DNA of 64,000 bases from IMG/VR virus record IMGVR_UViG_3300032261_000561; one strand, given 5' to 3'. Shown in pieces: positions 17,571-27,577 of the stretch. Within the stretch, counting starts at the first letter, position 1, and each line of letters opens with the position of its first letter. The translations under genes were made by a program, and so were the position numbers. Under the pieces are notes generated by a model. It was not told where the DNA came from. It did no database searches and was given only the letters and a program-made list of their open reading frames with translations. Source of the DNA: a virus.

Positions 17571-18338
17571 CTACAGCTGGGTCCGGACGAGGAACACGGC
17601 CCCCGACAGCACCCCTTGATCCTCCACTGCGACCGTCTCCCCCTGTGTGTCATGCAGCCACGCCGAGCAGAACACGTGATAGGTGGACACATACACGGTG
17701 GGATCGGGCCCAGTCTGCCCGTTGTTAGCCGGGACCGGCATGACGTTGATGACCTGCGCATCGTTCCAGAAGGTGCGCCCGACACCGCGCCCGATGATGA
17801 CCTGCTCGGAGTAAAGGGTGGTGGCCCCGTTGGAGATGCCGACTTCGATGACCGGACGCCCCATGTTGGAAGCTTCGGCCAGGATGGAACAGAACACCCA
17901 CGGCTCGAAGGTCAGCGACTGGATGCCGATATCCCAGTCGCAGACTTTGACCGGCGTGGAGCCGGTGGACACCGCGTACCCCGTGGTCGGACCGAACGGC
18001 CCGAGCACATACCCGGCGCCCACCGGAGGTATCTGGGACATCGGAATCTTGCCGGTGGCGTCCAGGGAAGCCACACCCCCGGGCTGGCCGACCTTGCTTA
18101 GCGGCAGATTCAGCGCGTCCTGGCTCTGATAGTAGGCGCGGGACGCGAAAGTGGCGGCCTGGGTGTCGACATAGGCTCTACCGGCCTTGAGTGCGGCCGC
18201 CGTAGTGACGTCGCTGGCCGCCGAGATCTGGCTGGGGGTGGCGCTGTTGACCAAATTGAGGACGGCCAATTTGGTCACGAGATCCTGTGAATTGGCCGGT
18301 ACGCGGCCTACATAGTTATAACCAGTGACTTTGACCAC
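17571..18338 (-). CDS. Minor tail/virion protein
   Basis: GGVASLDATGKIP motif; paralog of next two genes. Confidence 0.7.
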   Translation of the reverse strand: MVKVTGYNYVGRVPANSQDLVTKLAVLNLVNSATPSQISAASDVTTAAALKAGRAYVDTQAATFASRAYYQSQDALNLPLSKVGQPGGVASLDATGKIPMSQIPPVGAGYVLGPFGPTTGYAVSTGSTPVKVCDWDIGIQSLTFEPWVFCSILAEASNMGRPVIEVGISNGATTLYSEQVIIGRGVGRTFWNDAQVINVMPVPANNGQTGPDPTVYVSTYHVFCSAWLHDTQGETVAVEDQGVLSGAVFLVRTQL

Positions 18339-18341
18339 CTC

Positions 18342-19139
18342 CTACATCGCTGGAAGGACGAGAATCCAGTACAGCAGCCCGGCAGGACCAAACTGATACC
18401 CCGAACCTGACCAGCAGCTGCCACACAGATCCAGCTCTAGCGGGCCGACGATCGGCGGCACAGTGAACGGGGTCTGGCTGGGCCCCGCGTACGGCAGGCA
18501 CTGGTAAAAGTTCATGTAATACGTGTCGGTACAGATGCCCGCGCCGTAGACCTGCTCGGAAACCCCTTTCGGGGGCAGCACCGAGAGCATCCCGAAGGTG
18601 CTGGTGCCCTCCAACCGTGAGGTCGGCACGTTGCCGGAGCCGGAGTCCCCGCCCTGCACGATGGCGAACGGGACCGCACGCCAGGGATAGCCGGGATCGG
18701 GGACTTCGATCGAGGCGATCATCAGCTCGCGCAGATTGTTGGTGAGCACCGTCTGAACCGAGCTGATCAGGATCTGGCCCGACGTCGTGACGTTGTAATC
18801 TTTCGCGGTCCACTCGGTGGAAATGCCGGTGGGAAGCTCCGAACTGAGGATGTTCCCGCTGGAATCCAGCGCCGCCACGCCATTGGGCACACCGAGCCAG
18901 CTGGTCGGCACGTAGTTCCTGTCGGCGTTGTCCACCGAAGTCTTCTGGGCCAGCTTGGCGTTGGACAAATTGACGTAGGCCGGGGTGACCAGCGCGTTAC
19001 TACTGATGGCCTGGTTGATCTTGTTGCGAACGAACGTGCCGGTGGGGATGGTGTTGGCGATCTCGGTGTCGGCGAAGGCCTTGGGGACTTCCACCGAATC
19101 CGAATCTGGGGTTCTGCCCGCATACCACTTACCGGCCAC
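18342..19139 (-). CDS. Minor tail/virion protein
   Basis: NGVAALDSSG; VPDPGYPWR. Confidence 0.7.
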   Translation of the reverse strand: MAGKWYAGRTPDSDSVEVPKAFADTEIANTIPTGTFVRNKINQAISSNALVTPAYVNLSNAKLAQKTSVDNADRNYVPTSWLGVPNGVAALDSSGNILSSELPTGISTEWTAKDYNVTTSGQILISSVQTVLTNNLRELMIASIEVPDPGYPWRAVPFAIVQGGDSGSGNVPTSRLEGTSTFGMLSVLPPKGVSEQVYGAGICTDTYYMNFYQCLPYAGPSQTPFTVPPIVGPLELDLCGSCWSGSGYQFGPAGLLYWILVLPAM

Positions 19140-19155
19140 GACACCTCCTCACCCT

Positions 19156-20472
19156 TTAGGCGGGAATCGGCAGCGCATACATGCTGGGCTCGAACGTGGA
19201 AGCGGTGACCCAGCCGGTGGCGGTGTTGTCGCCCACTACGCGCAGCAGGTTGACGTAGAGCGTCTGGTTCCCGGTCAGCGGACCCTGATCCGACAACGGA
19301 CCCGGCATGATGGTCAGCGGGCCCTCGACCCAGTCGCTGCCCGCCGGGTGCGCGGTGATGAACGCCAGCCCACCAGCGCCGTTGGTGCCCACGTTGGAGA
19401 TGAAAAGACCGCCGTTGCCTCCGGTGCCGCCGCCGCCGAAGCCGTAGCTCTGGTAGCCGATGCCGTTTAGTGTCACCGACCCAGCGCTCCCACCGGGCTG
19501 GGTGCCTTCGACGCCATAGCCTCCGGCGCCCCCGTTGGACTGAATGGCGGTGGTGTAAACGTAGGCGCCCGTCGGGGTCCCGGGCTGACCGGGATTGGAG
19601 AACACGGCGGCCGCGCCCCGGGCACCGCCGCTGCCCACCCAGCCGGTGATCTGGGTGACGGTGCTGGGCAGCACAGAGGAACCCCGCGTGAAACTGCCCG
19701 TGGCCCATAGGGCGGCGGCGCCGCCGTTGCCCCACAGGAACGGATTGCCCGCGCCGGATGCCCCGCCACCGCCGCCACCGAGCAAAATGACGTCGATGAC
19801 GTCCGACCAAGTGGGGATGGGATAGGTGAAACCTCCCGGGGTGGTGTACGCGGCGACCGTCGCCCCGGCGTAGTACTCGGTGCAGCCGTAACCCAGCGCA
19901 ACTATCGGGCCCGTCATCGAGCCCAACCGCACCAAACAGATCGGATAGTAACCGTCGCGGTTGGTGGAGCAGTCCAGGATGCCGCCCACCCAGAGCTTGA
20001 AGGTGTAGCCGGGGTCGTTCACCGTCCAGCTGTAGACGGTTTCCTCGGTCAGCCCGGCGGTGACCGGCAGGCTGAAATAGCTGCTCGGTGAGTAGTACGG
20101 GCTCGGCCAGCGCTGGGTGGAACCCAGGCCCAACCGGGAACGGTCCACCAGGGGTGAGGCCAGCCCCAGCCCGGCGATCCCATTGTTGTGGTTGACCTGG
20201 GATAGCTTGAGTCGCCCGGCGTCCCCGCCATTGGGGTTGTAGTTGGGGCTGCCCGACGACGCGGTGCCGTCCACGTAGATTTTGGTGGCGTTCAGCGCGG
20301 CCTGAGAGTTGACGTAGCTCAGGTCGGCATAGGGGGCGAAATCCTGAGCGATCAGCGCGTCGATGTCGGTCTGCGGCATGTTCAGCGCGGCCACCTGAGC
20401 GTTGACGTAGCCGACGGTGATCTTGTCCTTGGCGTTGGCGGGTTTGGCACCCACCCAGTTGCGTGCGCTCAC
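19156..20472 (-). CDS. Glycine-rich minor tail protein
   Basis: DVILLGGGGGG Gly-rich domain; VNDPGYTFK. Confidence 0.75.
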   Translation of the reverse strand: MSARNWVGAKPANAKDKITVGYVNAQVAALNMPQTDIDALIAQDFAPYADLSYVNSQAALNATKIYVDGTASSGSPNYNPNGGDAGRLKLSQVNHNNGIAGLGLASPLVDRSRLGLGSTQRWPSPYYSPSSYFSLPVTAGLTEETVYSWTVNDPGYTFKLWVGGILDCSTNRDGYYPICLVRLGSMTGPIVALGYGCTEYYAGATVAAYTTPGGFTYPIPTWSDVIDVILLGGGGGGASGAGNPFLWGNGGAAALWATGSFTRGSSVLPSTVTQITGWVGSGGARGAAAVFSNPGQPGTPTGAYVYTTAIQSNGGAGGYGVEGTQPGGSAGSVTLNGIGYQSYGFGGGGTGGNGGLFISNVGTNGAGGLAFITAHPAGSDWVEGPLTIMPGPLSDQGPLTGNQTLYVNLLRVVGDNTATGWVTASTFEPSMYALPIPA

Positions 20473-23400
20473 AGGTCGAATTCCTCCTGAAGCATCGGCT
20501 CGTAGTAACTGAACGGCTTGGGCACGCCCGCCTCGACGTCGGCCAGCATCATGTCCCGCAGGTGCTCGTAGTAGTCGGCCACCGCGTGATCCCCGTTTTG
20601 CCGGGCCCGGTAGATGCGGTCGGTGAACTTGTTGAGCTGCTTGCGCACATTCATGTCGGGCTCGATGCCGGTCTGGGACAGCCGCTTGCGCACCATGATC
20701 TCGGACTTACGCTTACGCTCGCGTTCCGCCTCCTCCTCATCCTCATCGAGGTCCTCGTCCCAGACCGCGCTATACCAGGGCGACTCGTCGATGTAGTAGG
20801 GCGCGTGGGACTGAGCCACCCGCCGCTCCTCAGGCGGGATCAGCGAGTCCATGTAAGTGTGCGGCCCAACGTCCACCTTGCGGATCACCGTGGCGTGCGG
20901 AGCCACCCAACCCTGACCGCCTGAGAGGTTCCAGGGCTGGGGGCGGTCACCGGGTTTAACCTCGTAGATGTTCGCACCGTGCCCGGCCCAGTTGCGCCAC
21001 CACTTGGCCTCATCGGGATTGCGCGACAGCCAGACGTGGTTGGGCCGGTTGGATTTACCCTTCTCGTAGAAGGACCATTCACCCTCGCCGCCGGGGGACG
21101 GGGCGCCACCCGGGACGATCCGATCGCCCGGCTTCATCTCATACGGGCTGGTGTGATACCACTTGCCGCTGGGCTTCTCGGGCAGATAAGTCGCCGGGTT
21201 GCCACCCTCTTCCAGCCAGTCCAGATCGCCGGGAATCATCTCTTTGAGCTTGAAGGTCCCGGCCGCTTCCAGCACGCGCATCGCGTGGGTCATGATGTCC
21301 TGGGCCGATGGCTCGTTCTCCCAGAGGTGCTTGCGCAGCTTAGTACCCGACTCACTGGTGTAGCCGGGATTCACCTGGTAGCCGGGATGGTCTTTGACCA
21401 TGCGCCGCAACAGCGAAGTGGCCACCCCTTGGCGCTGAACTTCGGGGTGGGTCGTCAACCAGTCGATGCCCAGGAAAGGCTTGGCATACTCCTCCTCGGG
21501 AGGGTAGCGGGTATAGGTGAGGCTCCCAGCCTCGTCACCCGAGATAGAGGGATGGGGAATGAAGTAGGTGCCCCCAGGACCGCGCCCAGGCTCACCTCTG
21601 GGCCGGTGCTGGATCTGGTCGGCCCATGGGTCGGGAAGTGAGGCATGCCGGATGGATGGCTGCTGGTTGCCCAGATGCCCCCAGTCGGGACTATCGGGGT
21701 CGTTGTAGACCTCCATCCACGGGCCCTTGCCGTAGCCCTCCTGCATCGGGATCCGGACGCTGTCGATGGCGATCCTGGCGTCAGGGCCCAGCACGTGCTC
21801 ACCCAGATGCGGATCCTCGCTGATGCGCGTCGCATGCTGGCCTTTACCGTCCCAGATGCCCGAGACGACGGCGGGGATCTGCCGGTGGCCGTGCTCGTCC
21901 CAGCCCAGGTTGTTGTAGGTCAGCGACTCGTGCGCCGCATTCTCGGCGATGGTGGGATCCTCCGACCAGTAGTGGCCCAAGCCGGGGTTGTCCTGCATAC
22001 CGCCCTGCTGGGTCTGCTCCATGTGGTCGAGGATCGCCGGGCCGATGGAAAAGTGCTTGAACTGCGGGTTGAAGTCATCTCCCCAGTCCAGGCCCGCCTT
22101 GATCTTCTGGCGCAGCTCGGGGGTCATGATGATGCCGACACCACGGTGCACGCGGATCGGCTGGGTGGGCGCCTGATACGGCGGCAGCGCGGCCACACGC
22201 TGCTGGGACACCCGGTGGGTGGGCATCGCCACCCTGCGCACGTTGCCCTCGGTGCCCTCGTAGTGTGCCAGCACGTCGATGATGACCGCCGCATCAGTCA
22301 CCCAGCCCTCACGGCCGGAGCCGTTCCAGGGGAAGGGGCCGAGCCGGGGCCGGACCTGGTACAGGTGGCACTCGCCGTGGTCGCGCACCATGTAGCCGAT
22401 CCAGTCGTCGGAGTGGGTCAGGTCCCACTCCACCCAGGTCCAGTGCGCCCGGTTGTCCAGCCCGCCGTGGTAGGGCTTGTCGGTCCAGGGCGGGTTGCCG
22501 TGCAGCGGGGCCAGGATGGTGCCGATCGGCAGATCGGCGGGGGTGGCGTGGAACCAGTCCACGTCGTTGGGGGTGTCGATCGGCGGGGACTCATCGTGGC
22601 GCTGGAACCAGTCCCACTGGTCGTAGGCGTCGTCGGCGTCGAGCAGGAAGCTGTGCATAGTGGCCTGGGGGTCCAGCGGATCCGCCGGGACACCCTGCAG
22701 CCAGGCCTGAGCAGTACGCCGGGGGGAGAGGGAGGCAATCATCCGGCCGGGCGTCGATGCTCGCTGCTGGGGCACCATATCCTCGTAGGCGTAAGACGTG
22801 CGCTTCCCGCAAACCGAGCACCGGCCCGAGAGGTGACCCTCGCCGTGGGAGGGGTCACAGCACGGCTCCCCACGCCAGCCCTGCGACTGGTGCAGCTCCA
22901 TCTCCTCGGGCGTCAGCTCGCGATGGGCCACCTTGCGGGTAATGGTGGCCGACGGCGCCACCCACCCATCGGTTCCGGATCCGTTCCAAGGAGCGGGATC
23001 TCGCTCGGGATCGACTTCGTAGATATGCGGGGCCTGGTTGACCGCCGACCAGAAGTGAGCATCGTCGAGATCTGGTGTCATCCAAACATGCTTGTTGCGG
23101 CCGCCGCCCATGTCTATCAGCGTGCCGGTGTCCTCCCCGAAGCCCTGCTCGTAGAAGTCCTTGCTGGCGGCTGGCGCACCGCCGGGGACCAGCTTGGTGC
23201 CCATCGGCAGATCGTGCGGAGAGGCGTGATACCAGGTGCCCGAAGGATTCTGTCTCTTGAAAAGATGCTCGAACGCTTCGGCGGGAATGGGCTTGACCTT
23301 CTGGGGCGGTCCAATCTTCGTCTTGATCGGGCCCTTCTGCTGGTTGACGAAGTCCATAAAAACCTTGGCCTCTTCGTCGGTCAGCTCGATGGCCTGCCTG

Positions 23401-23873
23401 TAGACGAACAGCGGCGTGCCCCGGGCGGTCCGCAACCCGGTGCGCGGTGGCGCCGACGAGGGATCACCGGGCAATGCCAGATGGGACTTCTCCGGATTCT
23501 CTTTCAGCAGCTGCTGTTTGAGCGCCTCCCCGTAGCCGGTGGTGTAACCGGGGTCGATGGCGATATTCGGGTGATCGTCGTGCATCTGCTGCATCAGCGA
23601 GCGGGCCACCCCTTGCCGCCGGTAGTCGGGGTGGGTGTCGATGGTCTTGACCATGATCCGGCCCGGCCTCTGGCGGACCGGGTTCTCGGGGTAGTAGAGA
23701 TATTCCAGCTTCCCGATCGGCGCGGAGGCGGGATCGGGGTGCGGGATGGAATAGTCCCCGGTGTCGTGCGGGATCCTGCCTCCCACTGAACGCACCTGGT
23801 GCACGATCTGCTCGGCCCACGGGTTGGGAGCGGCGGCGAGAGCGGCCAGAAACCGAGGCGACAGCACGGCCAT
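20469..23873 (-). CDS. Polyvalent protein: 2 GNAT acetyltransferase + 4 ADP-ribosyltransferase-like domains
   Basis: THPDYRRQGVA and THPEVQRQGVA; three W(Y/F)Hx(S/T)P...G...Y(E/Q)VxP...PWN units; one VHRGV...GHYWS unit. Confidence 0.85.
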   Translation of the reverse strand: MAVLSPRFLAALAAAPNPWAEQIVHQVRSVGGRIPHDTGDYSIPHPDPASAPIGKLEYLYYPENPVRQRPGRIMVKTIDTHPDYRRQGVARSLMQQMHDDHPNIAIDPGYTTGYGEALKQQLLKENPEKSHLALPGDPSSAPPRTGLRTARGTPLFVYRQAIELTDEEAKVFMDFVNQQKGPIKTKIGPPQKVKPIPAEAFEHLFKRQNPSGTWYHASPHDLPMGTKLVPGGAPAASKDFYEQGFGEDTGTLIDMGGGRNKHVWMTPDLDDAHFWSAVNQAPHIYEVDPERDPAPWNGSGTDGWVAPSATITRKVAHRELTPEEMELHQSQGWRGEPCCDPSHGEGHLSGRCSVCGKRTSYAYEDMVPQQRASTPGRMIASLSPRRTAQAWLQGVPADPLDPQATMHSFLLDADDAYDQWDWFQRHDESPPIDTPNDVDWFHATPADLPIGTILAPLHGNPPWTDKPYHGGLDNRAHWTWVEWDLTHSDDWIGYMVRDHGECHLYQVRPRLGPFPWNGSGREGWVTDAAVIIDVLAHYEGTEGNVRRVAMPTHRVSQQRVAALPPYQAPTQPIRVHRGVGIIMTPELRQKIKAGLDWGDDFNPQFKHFSIGPAILDHMEQTQQGGMQDNPGLGHYWSEDPTIAENAAHESLTYNNLGWDEHGHRQIPAVVSGIWDGKGQHATRISEDPHLGEHVLGPDARIAIDSVRIPMQEGYGKGPWMEVYNDPDSPDWGHLGNQQPSIRHASLPDPWADQIQHRPRGEPGRGPGGTYFIPHPSISGDEAGSLTYTRYPPEEEYAKPFLGIDWLTTHPEVQRQGVATSLLRRMVKDHPGYQVNPGYTSESGTKLRKHLWENEPSAQDIMTHAMRVLEAAGTFKLKEMIPGDLDWLEEGGNPATYLPEKPSGKWYHTSPYEMKPGDRIVPGGAPSPGGEGEWSFYEKGKSNRPNHVWLSRNPDEAKWWRNWAGHGANIYEVKPGDRPQPWNLSGGQGWVAPHATVIRKVDVGPHTYMDSLIPPEERRVAQSHAPYYIDESPWYSAVWDEDLDEDEEEAERERKRKSEIMVRKRLSQTGIEPDMNVRKQLNKFTDRIYRARQNGDHAVADYYEHLRDMMLADVEAGVPKPFSYYEPMLQEEFDL

Positions 23874-23874
23874 C

Positions 23875-26856
23875 TCAACCCCAGAGCATGTAGCGGTACT
23901 GACCGGATGCGGGCGGGCTCTGGAACTCGAAGGAAAGCACGTTGGCGTTGATCACCGTCGGGCCCACATCGACGATGTTGCCGGAAGCGACGTCCACGAT
24001 GATCCAGCCCGGCGCCAGGTTGTTGAGGTTGTGCGTGATCTGCACCACCGCCGAGCCGGGGGACGGGACGGTGCCGGTGACCTTCTTCAGGCTCACTGCC
24101 GGATCCAGCGACAGCCCGGCGGTGCCATTCGCCAATCCGCCGCCGGTGGCAACTTTGGCCGCCACCTGGGTGCCAGTGATGGTGATGCCGTTGCCTTGGG
24201 TGTAGGCCTGTTGGCCCGCCACACTGCCGATGTTGACCCAGTTGGACACGGCGGTGTCCACCACGCCGGAGACGGCAGTCTCCTGCCACAGCGTGGACGT
24301 CAGCGCGGTGCCCTGCGTGGCCACCACCAGCGCACCCTGCAACAGATAGCTGCCGGTGGCGAAGTCGGCCGGGCGCGTCCAGGCCCCACTGTTGACGATC
24401 CAGATCCCGTTGTTGACCGAGCTGGGCTGATTGGTGGCGAGCACCCGAGTGCCCAGCGGGGTCAGCACACCATCCACCGTCTGCTGGCCCGCCAGGCTGG
24501 GGATGGCGGCAGTGGCCACGAAGTTGACCGTCTGCTTGTTGGGCTGCGACGCACTCTGCGCGGCCTGCACCTGGGTGGTTACCGCCGTGTTCAGCTGGCT
24601 GCTGGTAACCGCGTTGGCCAGCGCGGTCTGCAGACCCACCACCTGGTTTTGGCCGATGGTGGTGGTATTGGCATACATCGCCCCGATCGACCCGGGAGTG
24701 ATGGTGACGGCGCCGGTCTGGCTGTTGACGGAGGTGACCGCACCGGGGAACAGCAGCAGCACCCAGTTGGACAGCACCGTGGGATCGGATCCGTTGAGAA
24801 TGTAGGTACCCAGGTTGGCGCCTTGGGTGATCACACAAACATCGCCCTGTGTGGCCTGGGTCAACCCGAGCATCGCGGCCTGGCTGGTCACCTGCCAGGT
24901 GTGAGTGAGCGCGGTGCCAGGCAGCTGGGCCGGGTTGACGGTGCCTCCCGGCCCGGTCAGATCCGCCTTGCCGGTGAGTGCGGTGGCCAGCCCGGTGATC
25001 GCAGAGATGGGCGCCCCGGCAGGCAGGTTGACCAGGTTGGTCAGCTTCGCGGCGTCGAAGGTGCCGTAGGTCGCGTTGAGGTTGGCCAGATACGGGGTTA
25101 GGCCCGCGATATAGCTGATCGGGATGACCTGACTCGTCTGCGCGAGCGGGACGGTGCCGCTGACCAGATCGGCCTTGCTGGTCTGCAGCGCGGTGATGGC
25201 GCCGGTGTTGGCCTGCTGCTGGCTCAGTGGGGCCAGCAGACCCAACGCCGTCGACAGCCCGGTCACCTGCCCCTGACTGATGGTGATCGGGTCACTGCCA
25301 CCAGAAGCATGCGTAGAGGCGTGTGTGGTGGGCGTACGCGCGTTGGTGAGCCGGGTGTCGGTAGAAAGCACCCGGTTGTTCAAATCGGTGCTCAGGCCGG
25401 TCACCTGGCCCTCGGTGATGGTGCCGGTGCTGGCGTTGAGCGCCCCGATACTGGACGGGGTGATCTGAACCACGCCGGTCTGCCCGTTGACCATGGACAC
25501 ACCGGACAGGTTGCCGATCGGGACGATGGTGCCGTTCTTTTTGACCAGGTTGTTCTGCGCGTTGAGGAACGCGACGTCATTGGGCATCACCGAGTCGGGA
25601 ATCACGCCCCCGGCCGACACCGCCGTGTTGGCGTGCACCACCGTCTGATCGCCCGCGATGATGTTGACCTGGTTCTGCAGGGTGGTCAGATCGGTCTCGT
25701 CGGCTTTCAGGCCCAGCTGGGTCGATAGCCCGGTCACCTGGGCGATGTTCACGGTGCCGGTGCCGGTGGCCACCGCGCCAACGTCGCTCGCGCTAAGCGT
25801 CACGTCCCCGGTCTTGCCGTTGACTCCGGTGACCACATTCACCGGCAGCCAGTTGTTGCCCTGCACCGGGTTGGTGCCGATCAGCGCATAGCTGACGCCG
25901 CTGGGCACCCCGCCGGGCGCCAGGTAGGCGACGTCACCCAGCTGTACCTGGTTGGGATAGTTCAGCGCGTACATGGCGGTCAGATTGGCCACCGGGATCC
26001 AGCCGGTGACGGCGGCCGTCGGGATCTCGGTCATCGGGACATGCCCGCCGGTGTCCAGATCGGCCTTGTTGGGCAGCGCGGCGGTGTGCCCGGCCACGGT
26101 GGTGTTCAGTGTGGTGATCTGGTTCTGCAGGTTGGTGTTGTCAGTGGTCAGCGCGGTGCTGACCGCGTTGATGGCGTTCTGCTGGCCGCCGATCTCGCTG
26201 GCCACCGACGCGCTCAGCGACTCGAACTGGGTGTCGGTGTAACTTTTCGCCGTGCTCAGCGTGGTTGCCGCCGAGGAATTGATCTCCGCAACCAGCGTGC
26301 TGTTCAGTGTCGAGTCGGCGGTGACACGGGCCTGAGTCTCGGCGGTCAGCGCGGTGTTGATCGCAGCGAGGTCCCCGGGCACGGTGACCGGGTTGCCGCT
26401 GGCATCCACCACCTCACCGGAGCTGTTGAGCGCGGCCACCCCACCGGCCACCCCGATGTCGGTCTGCTGGACGTAGCTCACCCCGCCGATGACCTCGCCC
26501 AGGCTGGCCACCAGGGTGTCCCAATCGGTGTCGGCGTCGGGCATCGCAAACGGCGTGTTGGTGGTCGGCCCGGTCACCCCACCCTGGCGGATGGCGGTCA
26601 GATAGTTGACGTTCTGGGTCAGCCCGGCCGCGTTGCTGGGGACCAGCGCGAAAACGGCGGTGTTGGTGGCGTTGTTGAGCAGCACCGTCTGCTCCTGCAC
26701 GCCGCCGACATAGGTGGCCACGTCGGGAAAACTGGGCGTGGCCAGCGGGGTGACGGCCACCTCAATGGTCTGCGGGACCTGCACCCCGTCGACGGTGTTA
26801 ACGCTTCGTTGGAAATTGAACGTGAGATTCCGTCTAATGAGCGTGGGTGCGGACAC
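23875..26856 (-). CDS. Tail fibre-like protein
   Basis: Repeated VNx(K/Q)TGxV and QVTGLST...KAD motifs; NGIW...WTR..D domain; T/A/G/V-rich. Confidence 0.8.
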   Translation of the reverse strand: MSAPTLIRRNLTFNFQRSVNTVDGVQVPQTIEVAVTPLATPSFPDVATYVGGVQEQTVLLNNATNTAVFALVPSNAAGLTQNVNYLTAIRQGGVTGPTTNTPFAMPDADTDWDTLVASLGEVIGGVSYVQQTDIGVAGGVAALNSSGEVVDASGNPVTVPGDLAAINTALTAETQARVTADSTLNSTLVAEINSSAATTLSTAKSYTDTQFESLSASVASEIGGQQNAINAVSTALTTDNTNLQNQITTLNTTVAGHTAALPNKADLDTGGHVPMTEIPTAAVTGWIPVANLTAMYALNYPNQVQLGDVAYLAPGGVPSGVSYALIGTNPVQGNNWLPVNVVTGVNGKTGDVTLSASDVGAVATGTGTVNIAQVTGLSTQLGLKADETDLTTLQNQVNIIAGDQTVVHANTAVSAGGVIPDSVMPNDVAFLNAQNNLVKKNGTIVPIGNLSGVSMVNGQTGVVQITPSSIGALNASTGTITEGQVTGLSTDLNNRVLSTDTRLTNARTPTTHASTHASGGSDPITISQGQVTGLSTALGLLAPLSQQQANTGAITALQTSKADLVSGTVPLAQTSQVIPISYIAGLTPYLANLNATYGTFDAAKLTNLVNLPAGAPISAITGLATALTGKADLTGPGGTVNPAQLPGTALTHTWQVTSQAAMLGLTQATQGDVCVITQGANLGTYILNGSDPTVLSNWVLLLFPGAVTSVNSQTGAVTITPGSIGAMYANTTTIGQNQVVGLQTALANAVTSSQLNTAVTTQVQAAQSASQPNKQTVNFVATAAIPSLAGQQTVDGVLTPLGTRVLATNQPSSVNNGIWIVNSGAWTRPADFATGSYLLQGALVVATQGTALTSTLWQETAVSGVVDTAVSNWVNIGSVAGQQAYTQGNGITITGTQVAAKVATGGGLANGTAGLSLDPAVSLKKVTGTVPSPGSAVVQITHNLNNLAPGWIIVDVASGNIVDVGPTVINANVLSFEFQSPPASGQYRYMLWG

Positions 26857-26895
26857 GGCTCCTCCTGGCGCGACGGGTTCTCACCCTTATAGGCC

Positions 26896-27312
26896 TCAAA
26901 CCGCCACGAACGCAGCACCGCTCCACTGGTAGAGCTGGCCGGTATTGGCGGCCAGATAGAGGGTTTCGGGGACGCCGGTGGCCGGGAACGCCGCGACATT
27001 GGCGTAAGTCAGCGTCTGCCAGCCATCTGGCGGGTCGACGTTGTAGCTGATTTTCAGCGTGTCGGTGGACTTTGCCTGCGGCGGGATGGCGTCTTTGGGC
27101 AGCGACACCACGTTGCCGCTGGTGGTGCACGTCGGGTGCGGACCACCGATGTAGAGCACGGTGCCGAACTCGGCGGTGCCTTCGATATCGCCGGGAAGGG
27201 AGGTGTCGTAGATGGACACCACGCGCGCCGCGTCCACCACCGTCATCGCGGTGAAGGTGACGGTGCCCGCGCTGGGGCTGAACGTGTAGGCGGTGACGGC
27301 GATCTCGGTCAT
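26896..27312 (-). CDS. Virion structural protein
   Basis: YTFSPS; FPATG...LYLA...LYQW motif. Confidence 0.65.
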   Translation of the reverse strand: MTEIAVTAYTFSPSAGTVTFTAMTVVDAARVVSIYDTSLPGDIEGTAEFGTVLYIGGPHPTCTTSGNVVSLPKDAIPPQAKSTDTLKISYNVDPPDGWQTLTYANVAAFPATGVPETLYLAANTGQLYQWSGAAFVAV

Positions 27313-27322
27313 AAAGCCTCCT

Positions 27323-27577
27323 TCACCTCTTAGGCGCGGGAATCCGCTTGAGACAGTGCACGCACAGGGTGGCATCGATGGTCGGCTGGAACTCGTGATC
27401 GCATTCGTTGAGGTCTTTGGGGTCGATGCCGACGTAGGCCTTGCAGTCGCAACGGTCGATCTGCAAGAAGGCTTTCCGCTTCTCGTCCCAACCGCCCTGG
27501 CGGGTGTAGAAGCACTCGGGGTGGTGGTTGAAGTGCGGGTGGGTGCACCGCTGGCAGCGCACATGGCTACCAGCCAT
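27323..27577 (-). CDS. Cys/His-rich small protein
   Basis: CQRC, CDC, CVHC. Confidence 0.6.
   Translation of the reverse strand: MAGSHVRCQRCTHPHFNHHPECFYTRQGGWDEKRKAFLQIDRCDCKAYVGIDPKDLNECDHEFQPTIDATLCVHCLKRIPAPKR

Noticed and set aside
21645-25101. Long plus-strand ORFs (714 aa, 446 aa) and many similar ones across the window
   Set aside because: Antisense shadows of high-GC3 minus-strand genes; no SD or recognisable motifs
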